A stretch of DNA of 61,634 nucleotides from NCBI GenBank assembly GCA_014727975.1, contig WJMK01000040.1, forward strand, positions 1 through 61,634. Reading direction: 5' to 3'. Below the pieces are notes generated by a model. The model saw nothing but the letters and a program-made list of their open reading frames with translations. It was not told the origin of the DNA and searched no databases. Source of the stretch: Candidatus Micrarchaeota archaeon (GTDB lineage: Archaea > Micrarchaeota > Micrarchaeia > Anstonellales > Bilamarchaeaceae). Below, in pieces: positions 43,498-52,866 of the stretch (its first letter is position 1; each line of letters starts with the position of its first letter). The translations under genes and the position numbers were made by a program.

Positions 43498-44127
43498 TTA
43501 TGGGGAAGCCCCTCCTTCATACATAGGGACAAAAAGCACAGGGCAAATCTCTTTTTTCTCAGTTCCCCGGGAAGTTTTGGTAATTTTGAAAAGTGCCTGG
43601 AAATAGATGGAGCGGAGCGGGATTATCAGGATTCCTCCCTCTTTCAGCTGGGAAATGAGTTCAGGATAGGGCTCGCTTGCTGCGGCACTTACAATTATCC
43701 TGTCGTAGGGTGCCTCTTCAGGATGCCCCTTTACTCCGTCTTTCAGCAGGAGGGTCACGTTTGGGAAATCCCTGAGCTCCTCTTCCGCAAGCGCAAATAT
43801 TTCTTTAAAAATGTCCAGAGTATATACCTTCCCTTTTTCCCCTGCAAGGCAGGAAAGGAGTGCAGTCTGCCAGCCTGAGCCTGTGCCCACCTCCAGAATG
43901 TTCATTCCTGGGGAAATTTCTGCTTCGCGGAGCATTATTCCGACCATGCTGGGCGCGGAAGTAGTCTGGTTGTTTGAAATCTGGGTTGGGGTGTCCTCGT
44001 AGGCATGCTTTTTCTGGGGGACGGGCAGGAAATCGGCGCGCGGAAAGCGCAGCATGCATTCTGCAATCCTTTCATCTATTGCTTCTGTGCGGAGAAGATA
44101 GTCCACCATTTCCTCGTTTGTTTCCAT
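43498..44127 (-). CDS. pcm: Protein-L-isoaspartate O-methyltransferase
   Basis: SAPSMVGIM and the SAM motif ILEVGTGSGWQTALLS, at typical Pcm length. Confidence 0.9.
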   Translation of the reverse strand: METNEEMVDYLLRTEAIDERIAECMLRFPRADFLPVPQKKHAYEDTPTQISNNQTTSAPSMVGIMLREAEISPGMNILEVGTGSGWQTALLSCLAGEKGKVYTLDIFKEIFALAEEELRDFPNVTLLLKDGVKGHPEEAPYDRIIVSAAASEPYPELISQLKEGGILIIPLRSIYFQALFKITKTSRGTEKKEICPVLFVPMYEGGASP

Positions 44128-44128
44128 C

Positions 44129-45010
44129 CTACCTTATCTCGCCATTGAGTGTATTCTGGAAATCAGGGTCATCAAGGACAATATACCATTCAGAGGGGCT
44201 GCGGAAATCCTTTTGCTGTGAAGCGGAAGCGCAGTTCTTTCCTGCATAAACCTCTTTCCTCACCCCTTCCCCATTGTCCTTTGGGCACTCAAAAGTATGC
44301 CAGAACCCCCTGCATTCCCCTGCTGTGCACCCTGTCCCATTTACGGATTCGCGCATATATGTGTGGAGCCAGTGCTCATCATATTTGCCGCACCCCTCAA
44401 CGGGATAATCATAGGGCTCTGCTGCAACTATGGAATGGGAGAGCACAATCCACCCGTCCCCCGAATCAGAGCCAGGAGTTACTCCTTTTCCGATTGCATG
44501 GTTTTCGGGAAGCAGGTAAGGCATATAGTTCCCTGGGCAGGTTGCCCTTGATTCCTGCTCATAAAGCAGCCCGTCCTCTGCAAAATAGAGCAGGAGGGAT
44601 TTGCGCTCTGCCTCCAGGTCTGCAATTTCAGGCCTTCCGTCGCACAGGTAGTCCACTCTCAGTGAGATAAGGAATTCCGCATCAGCTGTTGCGCGGTATT
44701 GGGCCACGGGCTCGCTTGGTGAGCCTGCGATATATGCGTCCTTGCTGGAGGGGTTTTCCCATGCAAACGAGATTACCTCTGGCTCGACTCCATTCGGGCA
44801 GGAAAGGCCTTTCAGCGCATATTGCTGGCTGGTGTATCCATATTCATCCGGATGGGGCGGGACATGCCTCTCCAGCTCCCCTGTGAACTCAGAGAACTCT
44901 TCGCTTTCAAAATAGGGGACCAGCAAAGGCTCTGAACCCTCTTTCCCATTTGAGGGGCACCCTGCAAAAACAAGAAGCAGGGAGAGAAAAATTGAGAGGA
45001 GGATGCGCAT
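44129..45010 (-). CDS. Hypothetical lipoprotein
   Basis: Lipobox LLVFAGC. It has 8 Cys and no recognised domain. It lies 1 nt upstream of pcm. Confidence 0.5.
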   Translation of the reverse strand: MRILLSIFLSLLLVFAGCPSNGKEGSEPLLVPYFESEEFSEFTGELERHVPPHPDEYGYTSQQYALKGLSCPNGVEPEVISFAWENPSSKDAYIAGSPSEPVAQYRATADAEFLISLRVDYLCDGRPEIADLEAERKSLLLYFAEDGLLYEQESRATCPGNYMPYLLPENHAIGKGVTPGSDSGDGWIVLSHSIVAAEPYDYPVEGCGKYDEHWLHTYMRESVNGTGCTAGECRGFWHTFECPKDNGEGVRKEVYAGKNCASASQQKDFRSPSEWYIVLDDPDFQNTLNGEIR

Positions 45011-45013
45011 GGG

Positions 45014-45796
45014 CTATTCCTCCAGCCCCATTTCCCCAAGGTCTTCAGCTTCCTTGTCCTTGCCTTTTCCCCTGGATTTCTTCTTGGGGGCCTTTTCTTT
45101 TTTGGAGGCGGGCTTGCTGGAAGCTGCCTTCCTGGAAGTTGGGCGGACAGGCACCCTTGAGCTTACTGCTTCAGGCATCAGGTGCTTGTACCTGTGCACG
45201 GTATCGTAAAGCAGCAGCAGAAGCCTGAGGGCCCACTCAAGGAACACTATATATATGAAGAACGGCATGCTGATGGGCAGGAGCTGCGTAATCTCGAAGA
45301 ACTTCTCCTCGAATACACCCACAGTAAGGAAAGACGGGTCTGCGACAAAATACGCAAGCAGGCCCAGAGGAAGCATCTTTGCAAGATCTGCGGCAATTCC
45401 CTCATCCCAATAAGCAGTTATCCTTATTGCCCCAACCACTGCAATTGAGATGTACATAATGGTTGCCACGTCCTGGTTGCCCAGGAAAACCAGGAAAATG
45501 GTAAGGAACATGAACCATACAAAAGTTATTATCGGGAATGCAAAAGTGTATTTTGCAATAAGGGAAACATAATGGAGGGCTTTCTCCGCAACTGTTTCCC
45601 TTGGAGTGTGCTCAAGGGCAAAGAATTTCTGCTTGGAGAAGCTGTTGTAGAACGTGCCCAGGATTATTGCGTATGCCGCAACCCCGAATGCTGTTGTGAA
45701 AAAATTTGTAAGGTCTGGGCCGAGAACTGCTTCAACTGCTGAATAGATGCCCACTAAGAATTCTATAAGTGGCTCTTCAAATCCGATTAAGCTCAT
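45014..45796 (-). CDS. Polytopic membrane protein with Lys-rich C-terminal tail
   Basis: About 6 TM helices. The tail reads SRKAASSKPASKKEKAPKKKSRGKGKDKE. Confidence 0.5.
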   Translation of the reverse strand: MSLIGFEEPLIEFLVGIYSAVEAVLGPDLTNFFTTAFGVAAYAIILGTFYNSFSKQKFFALEHTPRETVAEKALHYVSLIAKYTFAFPIITFVWFMFLTIFLVFLGNQDVATIMYISIAVVGAIRITAYWDEGIAADLAKMLPLGLLAYFVADPSFLTVGVFEEKFFEITQLLPISMPFFIYIVFLEWALRLLLLLYDTVHRYKHLMPEAVSSRVPVRPTSRKAASSKPASKKEKAPKKKSRGKGKDKEAEDLGEMGLEE

Positions 45797-45874
45797 GCTC
45801 TGCTTTCAAGGAGAAGGCTTTTATTTTTTTCAGGTGAAGGGGAAAGGGCGGCATGTTCCCGGCACAGCGCAGTT

Positions 45875-46075
45875 ATGCAGTGCCAATGCGGCAAAAAGGT
45901 GACCAGTATGCAAGGATTCGGCGGGTTGGACAATTGCTCCCTTTGCGGAGTGGAAGTAGAGGAAGGAGGGGAAAGGATGCGGAGCATAGATGACATTACT
46001 TATGTGTTCTGCAGCAAATGCGCAAGCACAAGGAAAGATGAGATAAACAAGATGCTCAGGCTGAACGGGGACTAG
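45875..46075 (+). CDS. Small zinc-ribbon protein
   Basis: CQCG...CSLCG...CSKC cysteine pairs in a 66-aa product. Confidence 0.4.
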   Translation: MQCQCGKKVTSMQGFGGLDNCSLCGVEVEEGGERMRSIDDITYVFCSKCASTRKDEINKMLRLNGD

Positions 46076-46428
46076 ATGCTGGACTCTATTTCCTCAAAAA
46101 GCTCATCCGACTCTTCCGAGATTTCAGTTATTATGGATCTTGCATTTTTCCCGGATTGGGATTTCTCCCTGCTCTTGCGGAATATGTAGTTTGTGAAAAG
46201 CCCGAGCGCCTCCATCTGCTTCATGTAAACCTCTTCTTCATCTTTCTCAGGCATCTTTGAGGCAACCAGGTCAAAGAGCATCCTGGTGAATTTTCTTGAT
46301 TTTTCTTTTTTCTCTGCATCGCTTTTTGAAAGGAGGATTGCAAGCATAGCTTTCTTCAGCTGCTTCCTGGAGGGGGGAGCCATGCGTGGATTAGAATGGG
46401 AAAGCTTAAATGCATGGCGCAGGCTCAT
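46072..46428 (-). CDS. Hypothetical helical protein
   Basis: 118 aa. The start overlaps the stop of the upstream gene by 4 nt. Confidence 0.4.
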   Translation of the reverse strand: MSLRHAFKLSHSNPRMAPPSRKQLKKAMLAILLSKSDAEKKEKSRKFTRMLFDLVASKMPEKDEEEVYMKQMEALGLFTNYIFRKSREKSQSGKNARSIITEISEESDELFEEIESSI

Positions 46429-46826
46429 CTTACGCGGGCAGTGAGCTCAGTATATATTATTGCGCCCACCAGCACCAGGGAAAGGGCGCCTGCCAGGAGG
46501 AGGCTGGAAGTCTGGAATATCACAAATAGGATTGCCAGGAAGCTCAGGACATAGATGAAAAAGCGGCCGCTTCCCTTTTGCGCGTGCTTTAGGGGCGCAT
46601 CGATTTCATCCAGGTCGAACTGGAGCTTGTAAAGCTCTGGCTCAGGGACCGAAAAAAGGCTGCCCCTGTACTTGCACTGGGAGCAGACATACGTGCCTTC
46701 AACAGGCTTTATGCTGAGGGAATGGACCTCGTTTTTGCTTTCTATATTGAGGTAATCTCCGGAATGGGGGACAAAGCCGCAATTAGGGCAGAAGATTATT
46801 GCCGCATCTTCGCTTTCCTTCCCCAT
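46425..46826 (-). CDS. Zinc-ribbon protein with two C-terminal TM helices
   Basis: CPNCG...CSQCKYRG, followed by FFIYVLSFLAILFVIF and LLLAGALSLVLVGAIIY. The start was trimmed to an ATG with a TATA-like box about 30 nt upstream. Confidence 0.45.
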   Translation of the reverse strand: MGKESEDAAIIFCPNCGFVPHSGDYLNIESKNEVHSLSIKPVEGTYVCSQCKYRGSLFSVPEPELYKLQFDLDEIDAPLKHAQKGSGRFFIYVLSFLAILFVIFQTSSLLLAGALSLVLVGAIIYTELTARVR

Positions 46827-46933
46827 GTACATTAATATGTTGGGAAAAAAATAAAACTGGCTACGGTTCTGGCCGAAAAAAACCGGGTTTTTCTTATTTT
46901 GCGCTGGGAATAAAAAATATTGGGCGGATATGG

Positions 46934-47575
46934 ATGCTGGTTGGGATGGACGACACCATAAAGCTGGACCGGAGGAGTTTCGAGGCCCTTGCCGCAGACT
47001 CCCGGGTCCGGGTGCTGAAGGCAATTTCCAAGAGGAGGAAGACACTTACTGAATTGTCAAAAGAGCTTGGGCTCTCTGTTTCGACTACCAAGGAACACCT
47101 GGATGTGCTTGTTGACGCGGGGCTCATCATCCAGAAGGACGAGGGAAGGAAGTGGAAATACTACGAGCTTAGCCGGAAGGGGAAGGGGATAGTTAATCCG
47201 TACCCTGCAAAATTCGTGATTATGCTCGCAGTCAGCCTGCTTCTTGTATTGGGGAGCGGATGGAATTTCATGAATTCTTTCGGGGATGTTACACAGGGGG
47301 ATGCTGCTCCCCCGGGTTCTTTTGCTGTGGAGGGTGAAAGCCCTGAAGAAGCTGCCTTGCCCGGGGAAGGCCGGGTGCTGGCAATTGCTGAAGATGAGAC
47401 CGGGGACATGGAAACTGAAAAGGCCCCGTCTGGGGGGCGTGATGCGGCGGAAGAGAACGAGGTGCCTGCTTTTCCTGCAGAGGAAATTGGCTTCCCCCTG
47501 TTTGAGTTCGGGATTTTTGCAGGGTCTGCAGTCCTGTTGTTTGCCTCGCTGCGGATGCTTTTGCAGAGGAGTTAG
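46934..47575 (+). CDS. Membrane-tethered ArsR-family wHTH regulator
   Basis: SFEALAADSRVRVLKAISKRRKTLTELSKELGLSVSTTKEHLDVLVDAGLI, then TM helix 1, an acidic loop and TM helix 2. Confidence 0.7.
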   Translation: MLVGMDDTIKLDRRSFEALAADSRVRVLKAISKRRKTLTELSKELGLSVSTTKEHLDVLVDAGLIIQKDEGRKWKYYELSRKGKGIVNPYPAKFVIMLAVSLLLVLGSGWNFMNSFGDVTQGDAAPPGSFAVEGESPEEAALPGEGRVLAIAEDETGDMETEKAPSGGRDAAEENEVPAFPAEEIGFPLFEFGIFAGSAVLLFASLRMLLQRS

Positions 47576-47607
47576 ATATTAAAACACTTTTATCCATAAA
47601 ATAGAAC

Positions 47608-49128
47608 ATGTCCCGGAGGATAGACAACAGAAGGCTGAATTTTGTGATTAATAAGGCCAGCCAACCCCTCAAAAGGGCCCATAGAGAATTTTCAAGGGCA
47701 AAGTCCAAGCTGGTTAAAGCAATAGAACAAGAAAATGAAAAAACAGACAGGTTCATATACAAAATAGCTTCTTCCCCCAGTTCACTGGCCCTAAACGGAG
47801 AGGGAATTGACAGGGGGCTGGCAAATCTCGTGGCTGTAAACAAGAGAAAGTTTCTTGCAGGCGCATTTGAAGAAAAGCTTGAAGGGGCATATGCGGGAGT
47901 GTGGTGGAGCACAAACGAGGCAAAGGACAGGTTCTCGGAATGGACAGATGACCAGGGCATATTCATAAAAAAAGTGGAAGATCTGCATAGTCAGTTCCTG
48001 CAGTTTACTGATGAAAGATACATGAAAATCAGTGATGGCCTTGCGGTCATTGACCCCAAGCTCCTGGACCAAATGATTGATGCTCACATGGAGATGATGC
48101 ACCAGCTCGGGGAAATTGCAAGGATGACTGCCCACCTGGGGGTTGCCGCATCCATATTCGGTCTCCCCTTCCCTCAAAGGCAGAAGGCAGCTTACGGAGG
48201 GGGGCTGGAGAACCTGCCGGAAAAAATGGAAAAAGAATATCCTGGATTGTCTTTAATCTCAATAGCCGCCCAGGGAAAAGAGAGAGTGGCAGAAGCCCTG
48301 CTGGAAATGCTTTATCCGGGAGAATCAGGGGAGCTGCTTACAAGGTGTTTTGCAGTAGAAACAAGGAAAGTTGAAGTTGATGGAGTTCCGGAAAGAAAAA
48401 CAGATAGATGTCCTGCCCCTGGAGAAGAAATGGAAGGGCTTCCTGCTCCTGCACAACCTCAAAAGCCTGAAATATCCAAAAGCGAAGCAAAGAAGAAAAT
48501 TGCTGAAATTCTTTCTCCTTCACTTGGGGAAAACGCGGACAGGGGGGCAAAAATGTGCCTCAGATACCTGGAAAGGGAAGAATGGGCAGAAATTCTGGAA
48601 GCGCCGGAAAACCTGGCAAGGGTTGTGCACAGGCACCCTGAACTACATGGCTCACTTGACAAAATAAAGGAAACGCTTGGGAAGGAAACAGAAGAAATGC
48701 CACAGGAGCGGAATGGTGTGGATTTGGTCAGGGCACTTGATTTCAGCGATGCTGTGAAGAACGAAATAAAGGGAGGAGGAATGAACATAAGGGATGTAAA
48801 AAAGGCAATAATCTATGGATTCAAGCTCGCTTCTGCGAAAAAAGCCATAGGCAGGGCATACTTCCCTTCCGCAGTGATAGAAGGCAATGTGAAAAATGCA
48901 ATGGATGATGGGAGGCCTGGGCCGGGGCCAAGGGCAAATGAAATCCTGGAATTCCTAAAATCGCACGGAGTCGTCTCGACCGATAAAAACGGCGAAACCA
49001 TGATGATAAACACAGTGGAGAGCAAAGGGCAGGCGCACCCCATTACTCCAGTCGGGGATGAAATTCTTTCTGCAATTAAGAAATGGCTGGTGGACTTCAA
49101 AAAAGAAACAAGAGGAAAGGGTTCCTGA
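47608..49128 (+). CDS. Large hypothetical protein with C-terminal winged-helix-like domain (paralogous to 28685..30412 C-terminus)
   Basis: 506 aa, starting 33 nt after the ArsR-like gene. The C-terminal block AIIYGFKLA...ILEFLKSHGVVSTDKNGETMMIN aligns with the other protein. Confidence 0.5.
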   Translation: MSRRIDNRRLNFVINKASQPLKRAHREFSRAKSKLVKAIEQENEKTDRFIYKIASSPSSLALNGEGIDRGLANLVAVNKRKFLAGAFEEKLEGAYAGVWWSTNEAKDRFSEWTDDQGIFIKKVEDLHSQFLQFTDERYMKISDGLAVIDPKLLDQMIDAHMEMMHQLGEIARMTAHLGVAASIFGLPFPQRQKAAYGGGLENLPEKMEKEYPGLSLISIAAQGKERVAEALLEMLYPGESGELLTRCFAVETRKVEVDGVPERKTDRCPAPGEEMEGLPAPAQPQKPEISKSEAKKKIAEILSPSLGENADRGAKMCLRYLEREEWAEILEAPENLARVVHRHPELHGSLDKIKETLGKETEEMPQERNGVDLVRALDFSDAVKNEIKGGGMNIRDVKKAIIYGFKLASAKKAIGRAYFPSAVIEGNVKNAMDDGRPGPGPRANEILEFLKSHGVVSTDKNGETMMINTVESKGQAHPITPVGDEILSAIKKWLVDFKKETRGKGS

Positions 49129-49132
49129 ATAA

Positions 49133-49438
49133 TCAGGAAACCTGCAAATAATAGCCAAAAAGCGAATCCTTGGTAAATACTCCGGAAACAGTTACGGACT
49201 TCCCCTCTTTCGGGAGGGACCCGCTGGAAACCCTGAGGGAATTCCCTTCATCATCAGTAAGTGTGTACCCTGAAAGTGAACCAAGCTTGACTGTATTATC
49301 CACTGTTCCGGAGACAGTTACTTTCTCCCCAACATATTTCTGGGGATTGTCATTCAGCTCCTCTATAGGAGTGGTCCCGATTCCTGCGCACCCGAAGAAG
49401 AGAAGTGCGAATACTGCGAATGCAATTGATTTTTTCAA
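49133..49438 (-). CDS. Small lipoprotein, OB-fold-like
   Basis: A TTG start gives MKKSIAFAVFALLFFGC (lipobox). VGEKVTVSGTV....GYTLTDDEGNSLRV fits a beta-barrel pattern. Confidence 0.45.
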   Translation of the reverse strand: MKKSIAFAVFALLFFGCAGIGTTPIEELNDNPQKYVGEKVTVSGTVDNTVKLGSLSGYTLTDDEGNSLRVSSGSLPKEGKSVTVSGVFTKDSLFGYYLQVS

Positions 49439-49489
49439 ATTAAACACCTGCAGTGGAATACGCAAAAAAAGTTAAAATGCGTTTCGGCA

Positions 49490-50494
49490 TCAGCGGCCGA
49501 GCCTGTCCAGGTAGGTGTGGGGGAGCAGTATCTCCTCCATGGATTGCGGGGGGTTGTCCGCAACCGCCCTGAACGCCTCCTTCGGGCTTCCCAGTTCCCT
49601 GCATACAGCATCAATGAATCTGGAGCCATCCCTGTAAGGATTTATTGCATAAAACGCAAGTGAATTGTTTTTCTCAAGGGCCTTTGAAAAACTGCTTGGC
49701 TTTCTCCAGATTGTGCAGCGCATAATGCACGCCGCAGCAGCAGCAATGTCTGTTGCGGCAAATGCAAGTGCCCGTGCACTGGCCAGGAGGGGGCGCACGC
49801 TAAACACCTTGACCGCAGATTTTATCATAATAAAAGGAAATTGGAGGGCCCTGATCGCCTTTTCACGGGTTTCCATGGGCGGATACGGGAAATACCTCTC
49901 CTCTGCAAAAACTGCAAGCCCTTCATTTGCACAATTCTTTGCAGCATGGAAGTCCCACCTAAAGGAACCATACCTGCTGTAAATTTTAGACTTCTGCTCC
50001 CAAAGCGCATGATGAGTCAATTCATGTATGACCGCTCTGTTTATAGCTCCAGCACTGCAAAAAAGATTTGCATTTGTTATTTGTATTGAACTGGTCAATC
50101 TGTCATAGGATGCAGGCGACCTGAAATAGAAGTACAGGCTATTGAGCCCAGAGCTGGCGCAGAACGAAATGCGGCGCTTCCATTTGCTGAAAGAGGATTT
50201 CCCTGCCCGCCTGAGCTCTCTTTCGTATATTTTGCTTAGAGGTTGGCTCAGCCATCCAAGTTTTTTCTCAGTAAGCTGGAAATCCTGTATAGTCTTTTGG
50301 TCAGGGAGCAGCACACCTTTTTCAGCGAGAAGAAAGGGCAGTGACTTTAGCTTTATCCCGTAAAGGTGCTCAAGCGCCAGTGCCGCACGGGGGAGTTCTT
50401 CAAGCAGATATTTCTCGAAACGGTTCCTGGGCCCCCTGCTTTGCACTGAAAGCCTTCTTGCCTTCTCCTTGTTTATGAAGCGGAAGAGTGCCAT
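49490..50494 (-). CDS. Hypothetical protein with HExxH motif
   Basis: VIHELTHHALWE is the only motif. A TATA-like caattataaac lies about 32 nt upstream. Confidence 0.45.
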   Translation of the reverse strand: MALFRFINKEKARRLSVQSRGPRNRFEKYLLEELPRAALALEHLYGIKLKSLPFLLAEKGVLLPDQKTIQDFQLTEKKLGWLSQPLSKIYERELRRAGKSSFSKWKRRISFCASSGLNSLYFYFRSPASYDRLTSSIQITNANLFCSAGAINRAVIHELTHHALWEQKSKIYSRYGSFRWDFHAAKNCANEGLAVFAEERYFPYPPMETREKAIRALQFPFIMIKSAVKVFSVRPLLASARALAFAATDIAAAAACIMRCTIWRKPSSFSKALEKNNSLAFYAINPYRDGSRFIDAVCRELGSPKEAFRAVADNPPQSMEEILLPHTYLDRLGR

Positions 50495-50617
50495 TGATGT
50501 TATTTGGTGGGTTAATGTTTATAATTGCTATTTATTTACATAATGCCCCACACCCCTGCAGAAAATACGCAAAACAAACCTAAAAGATATTTAAATACGC
50601 AAACCCAAAGCATCTGC

Positions 50618-51145
50618 ATGAGATTCCTGATGGTGTTTATGGCCTTGGGGCTGCTCCTTGCGGGCTGCCCAGGGGACTCCGGGTCCGGGGTAGCAGATGT
50701 AGATGAAGGATTAGAGGCGCCTGAGCCTGCGGAAGAAAGCCCCCTTCCTGCAGAAGAGGCGGAGGAAACCCCTGAAGAGGTTGCCGCAGAGCCCGAAGAG
50801 GAACCTGAGATAGCGGAAGAAGAGATTGTGCACTGGGGGGTGGGGGTAACGGAGGAGGATGAAGATGAGGGCCACAGGCAGCTCCAGGCAGTTGAATTTG
50901 ATGGGTATGCGCTTATTGTTGATGATATCACAGATGATTACCCTGAGCCCTGCGCAGCAATAAGGGTGGGTGAGCTGGGCGGAACCTATATTGAAACCCT
51001 GTTCCAGGATAAGGTATGCCCGGGAGAAAGCACATATTGGACTTCCCCTGAAGGCGATGAATACCGCATAAAGGTGTTTGAGACTGCCGCAGGCTACCAG
51101 GGATATGAATACTGGGCAGATGTTGCGGTATACAAACAAGGGTGA
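50618..51145 (+). CDS. Lipoprotein with acidic stalk
   Basis: The start was trimmed to MRFLMVFMALGLLLAGC, with TATA gatatttaaatac about 25 nt upstream. The stalk reads EAPEPAEESPLPAEEAEETPEEVAAEPEEEPE. Confidence 0.5.
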   Translation: MRFLMVFMALGLLLAGCPGDSGSGVADVDEGLEAPEPAEESPLPAEEAEETPEEVAAEPEEEPEIAEEEIVHWGVGVTEEDEDEGHRQLQAVEFDGYALIVDDITDDYPEPCAAIRVGELGGTYIETLFQDKVCPGESTYWTSPEGDEYRIKVFETAAGYQGYEYWADVAVYKQG

Positions 51146-51150
51146 TATGG

Positions 51151-51552
51151 ATGAAATGGATATTTGCGTTCTTGGTTTTGGCAGGCATGGCTTTTGCAGG
51201 GCAGATTGTCAATGTAGGGGAAGATACTGGAGGCGGCACGGCCCCCTCTGAACAGGAGGATTCTGAATGCTATGCGCAGTATTTCCAGTGCCTGAGGGAC
51301 GGATGCGCTGCTGCAGGGGGAGAATTCAATGAGCTTACCCAGGGATGTTATGGAGGGGATGATGCAGAATTCTCAGAAGCGGTCGGGAAATGTGCAGATG
51401 CACAGGGAAACTGCATAATGGGCAAGAGCCCTTCCGGCAGCGGTGGAGCATACAACGGGGGCAGTGCCCCTGCTGAAGAAGGCGGGCTCTGCGGAATTGG
51501 TTTTGTGCTCCTTGGACTTGGGGCGCTCCTGTTCAGCCGGGTGAATGGGTAA
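51151..51552 (+). CDS. Small secreted Cys-rich protein with C-terminal Cys-Gly/TM/basic anchor (paralogous ends to 21294..22829)
   Basis: Signal peptide MKWIFAFLVLAGMAFAG. It contains the SECY motif and the C-terminus is EEGGLCGIGFVLLGLGALLFSRVNG. Confidence 0.5.
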   Translation: MKWIFAFLVLAGMAFAGQIVNVGEDTGGGTAPSEQEDSECYAQYFQCLRDGCAAAGGEFNELTQGCYGGDDAEFSEAVGKCADAQGNCIMGKSPSGSGGAYNGGSAPAEEGGLCGIGFVLLGLGALLFSRVNG

Positions 51553-51584
51553 AGTATTAAACCCTTTTCTGGGATTATGGGTCC

Positions 51585-52853
51585 ATGAAAAAGAAGAAAA
51601 ACCAATTATGGGTTTATGCATTAGTTGCTGTTGTGGCACTTATTTTGCTGGGCCTGGCTTCGGGCCCGCTTATAATGGGTTATTTTGAATTCGGGGAAGC
51701 AGAAACAGAGGAAATGCCAGGGGAGGCCCCTGCTTCCTCAGGATATGCTGCAGAAGTGGAGCAGCCGGAAGAGGAGGAAACCCCTGAGGCAGAGGCAGTT
51801 GTGCCTGTTGAGCCCCCTGAGATGCACGATACACCTGAAGAAATGCTTGAGTGGTTTATGCTTGTGCAGATGATGGATGAGAATGGGGGAGTAAGGAATG
51901 AGTACGCCAATGGGAGGCCCTACATCCTTGCAGAAACAATGGGGCAGATGATGGAGTATGCGCTCAGGGTTGACAACCAGGAGCTTTTTGATGTTGAATG
52001 GAATTTTGTAAAGGAAAACATGATTAGTGAGGAGTATGGGCTTGTGCGTGCCTCAATCTGGGCGGACGACTATTCCCCCAGGGAGAATGCATCAAATACG
52101 GATGATGATATGCGTATACTCTGGGCCCTTTACGAAGCAGAGGAAAAATGGGGGCCCGGGCATGGGTACAAGGCAGGCGGAAAGGCAATAGCTGACCAGA
52201 TGGTTGAGTACAACCAATATATGAACATCATGAGCAAGGGGATCTCATGGGATGAAAACAGCTACGAGATAAACCACCGCATGGACATAGATGATTTGAG
52301 GTGGGAAGTTATGCAGGCCCTTGCAAATGAGGACGCAATCTGGAGGGTGATGGTAGTAAAAACAAATGCCCAGTTCCTAACCTGCCAGGACCAGACAAAC
52401 GGCCTTTTCTGGCAGGAATATGACATTGAAAAAAGCAGGGCTGTTTACCCTGTGGGAAAAGACGAATGCCGGACAAGCCATATGCTCAGGGCAGGGATGT
52501 ACTACTCGGATTACAAGACTTATGTGCCCGCCACTACCCTCCACAACAAGATGAAGCAGGAATGGGAGGGAACCGGGAAAATAAGCAGCGGATACAAGAT
52601 GGAGAACCTTGGCACCGGTAACGGGATAGAGGAAATGGAAACATATGCACTTGCCGGAAGGAATGCAATAAGGCTCGGAGACTGCGATTTTGCAATTGAA
52701 ATGAAGGAAAGGATACTGCTGGAGCAGGTGGGAGACACCGACTCCCCAATCTATGGGTCAGTGAGCAGGAACAGGAAGGAGAACGGGGTAGAGGATGATA
52801 TGGATACCCTGCTCCTGCTTGAAGAGCTGAAGACCTGCAAGAAAAACCAGTAG
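51585..52853 (+). CDS. Membrane-anchored glycoside hydrolase family 8-like protein
   Basis: ILAETMGQMMEYAL (SEG-type catalytic Glu region) and NASNTDDDMRILWALYEAEEKW resemble the GH8 signature A-[ST]-D-x-D-x2-[IM]-A-x-[SA]-L..A...W. Confidence 0.5.
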   Translation: MKKKKNQLWVYALVAVVALILLGLASGPLIMGYFEFGEAETEEMPGEAPASSGYAAEVEQPEEEETPEAEAVVPVEPPEMHDTPEEMLEWFMLVQMMDENGGVRNEYANGRPYILAETMGQMMEYALRVDNQELFDVEWNFVKENMISEEYGLVRASIWADDYSPRENASNTDDDMRILWALYEAEEKWGPGHGYKAGGKAIADQMVEYNQYMNIMSKGISWDENSYEINHRMDIDDLRWEVMQALANEDAIWRVMVVKTNAQFLTCQDQTNGLFWQEYDIEKSRAVYPVGKDECRTSHMLRAGMYYSDYKTYVPATTLHNKMKQEWEGTGKISSGYKMENLGTGNGIEEMETYALAGRNAIRLGDCDFAIEMKERILLEQVGDTDSPIYGSVSRNRKENGVEDDMDTLLLLEELKTCKKNQ

Positions 52854-52866
52854 TTTTTCTTTTTCC

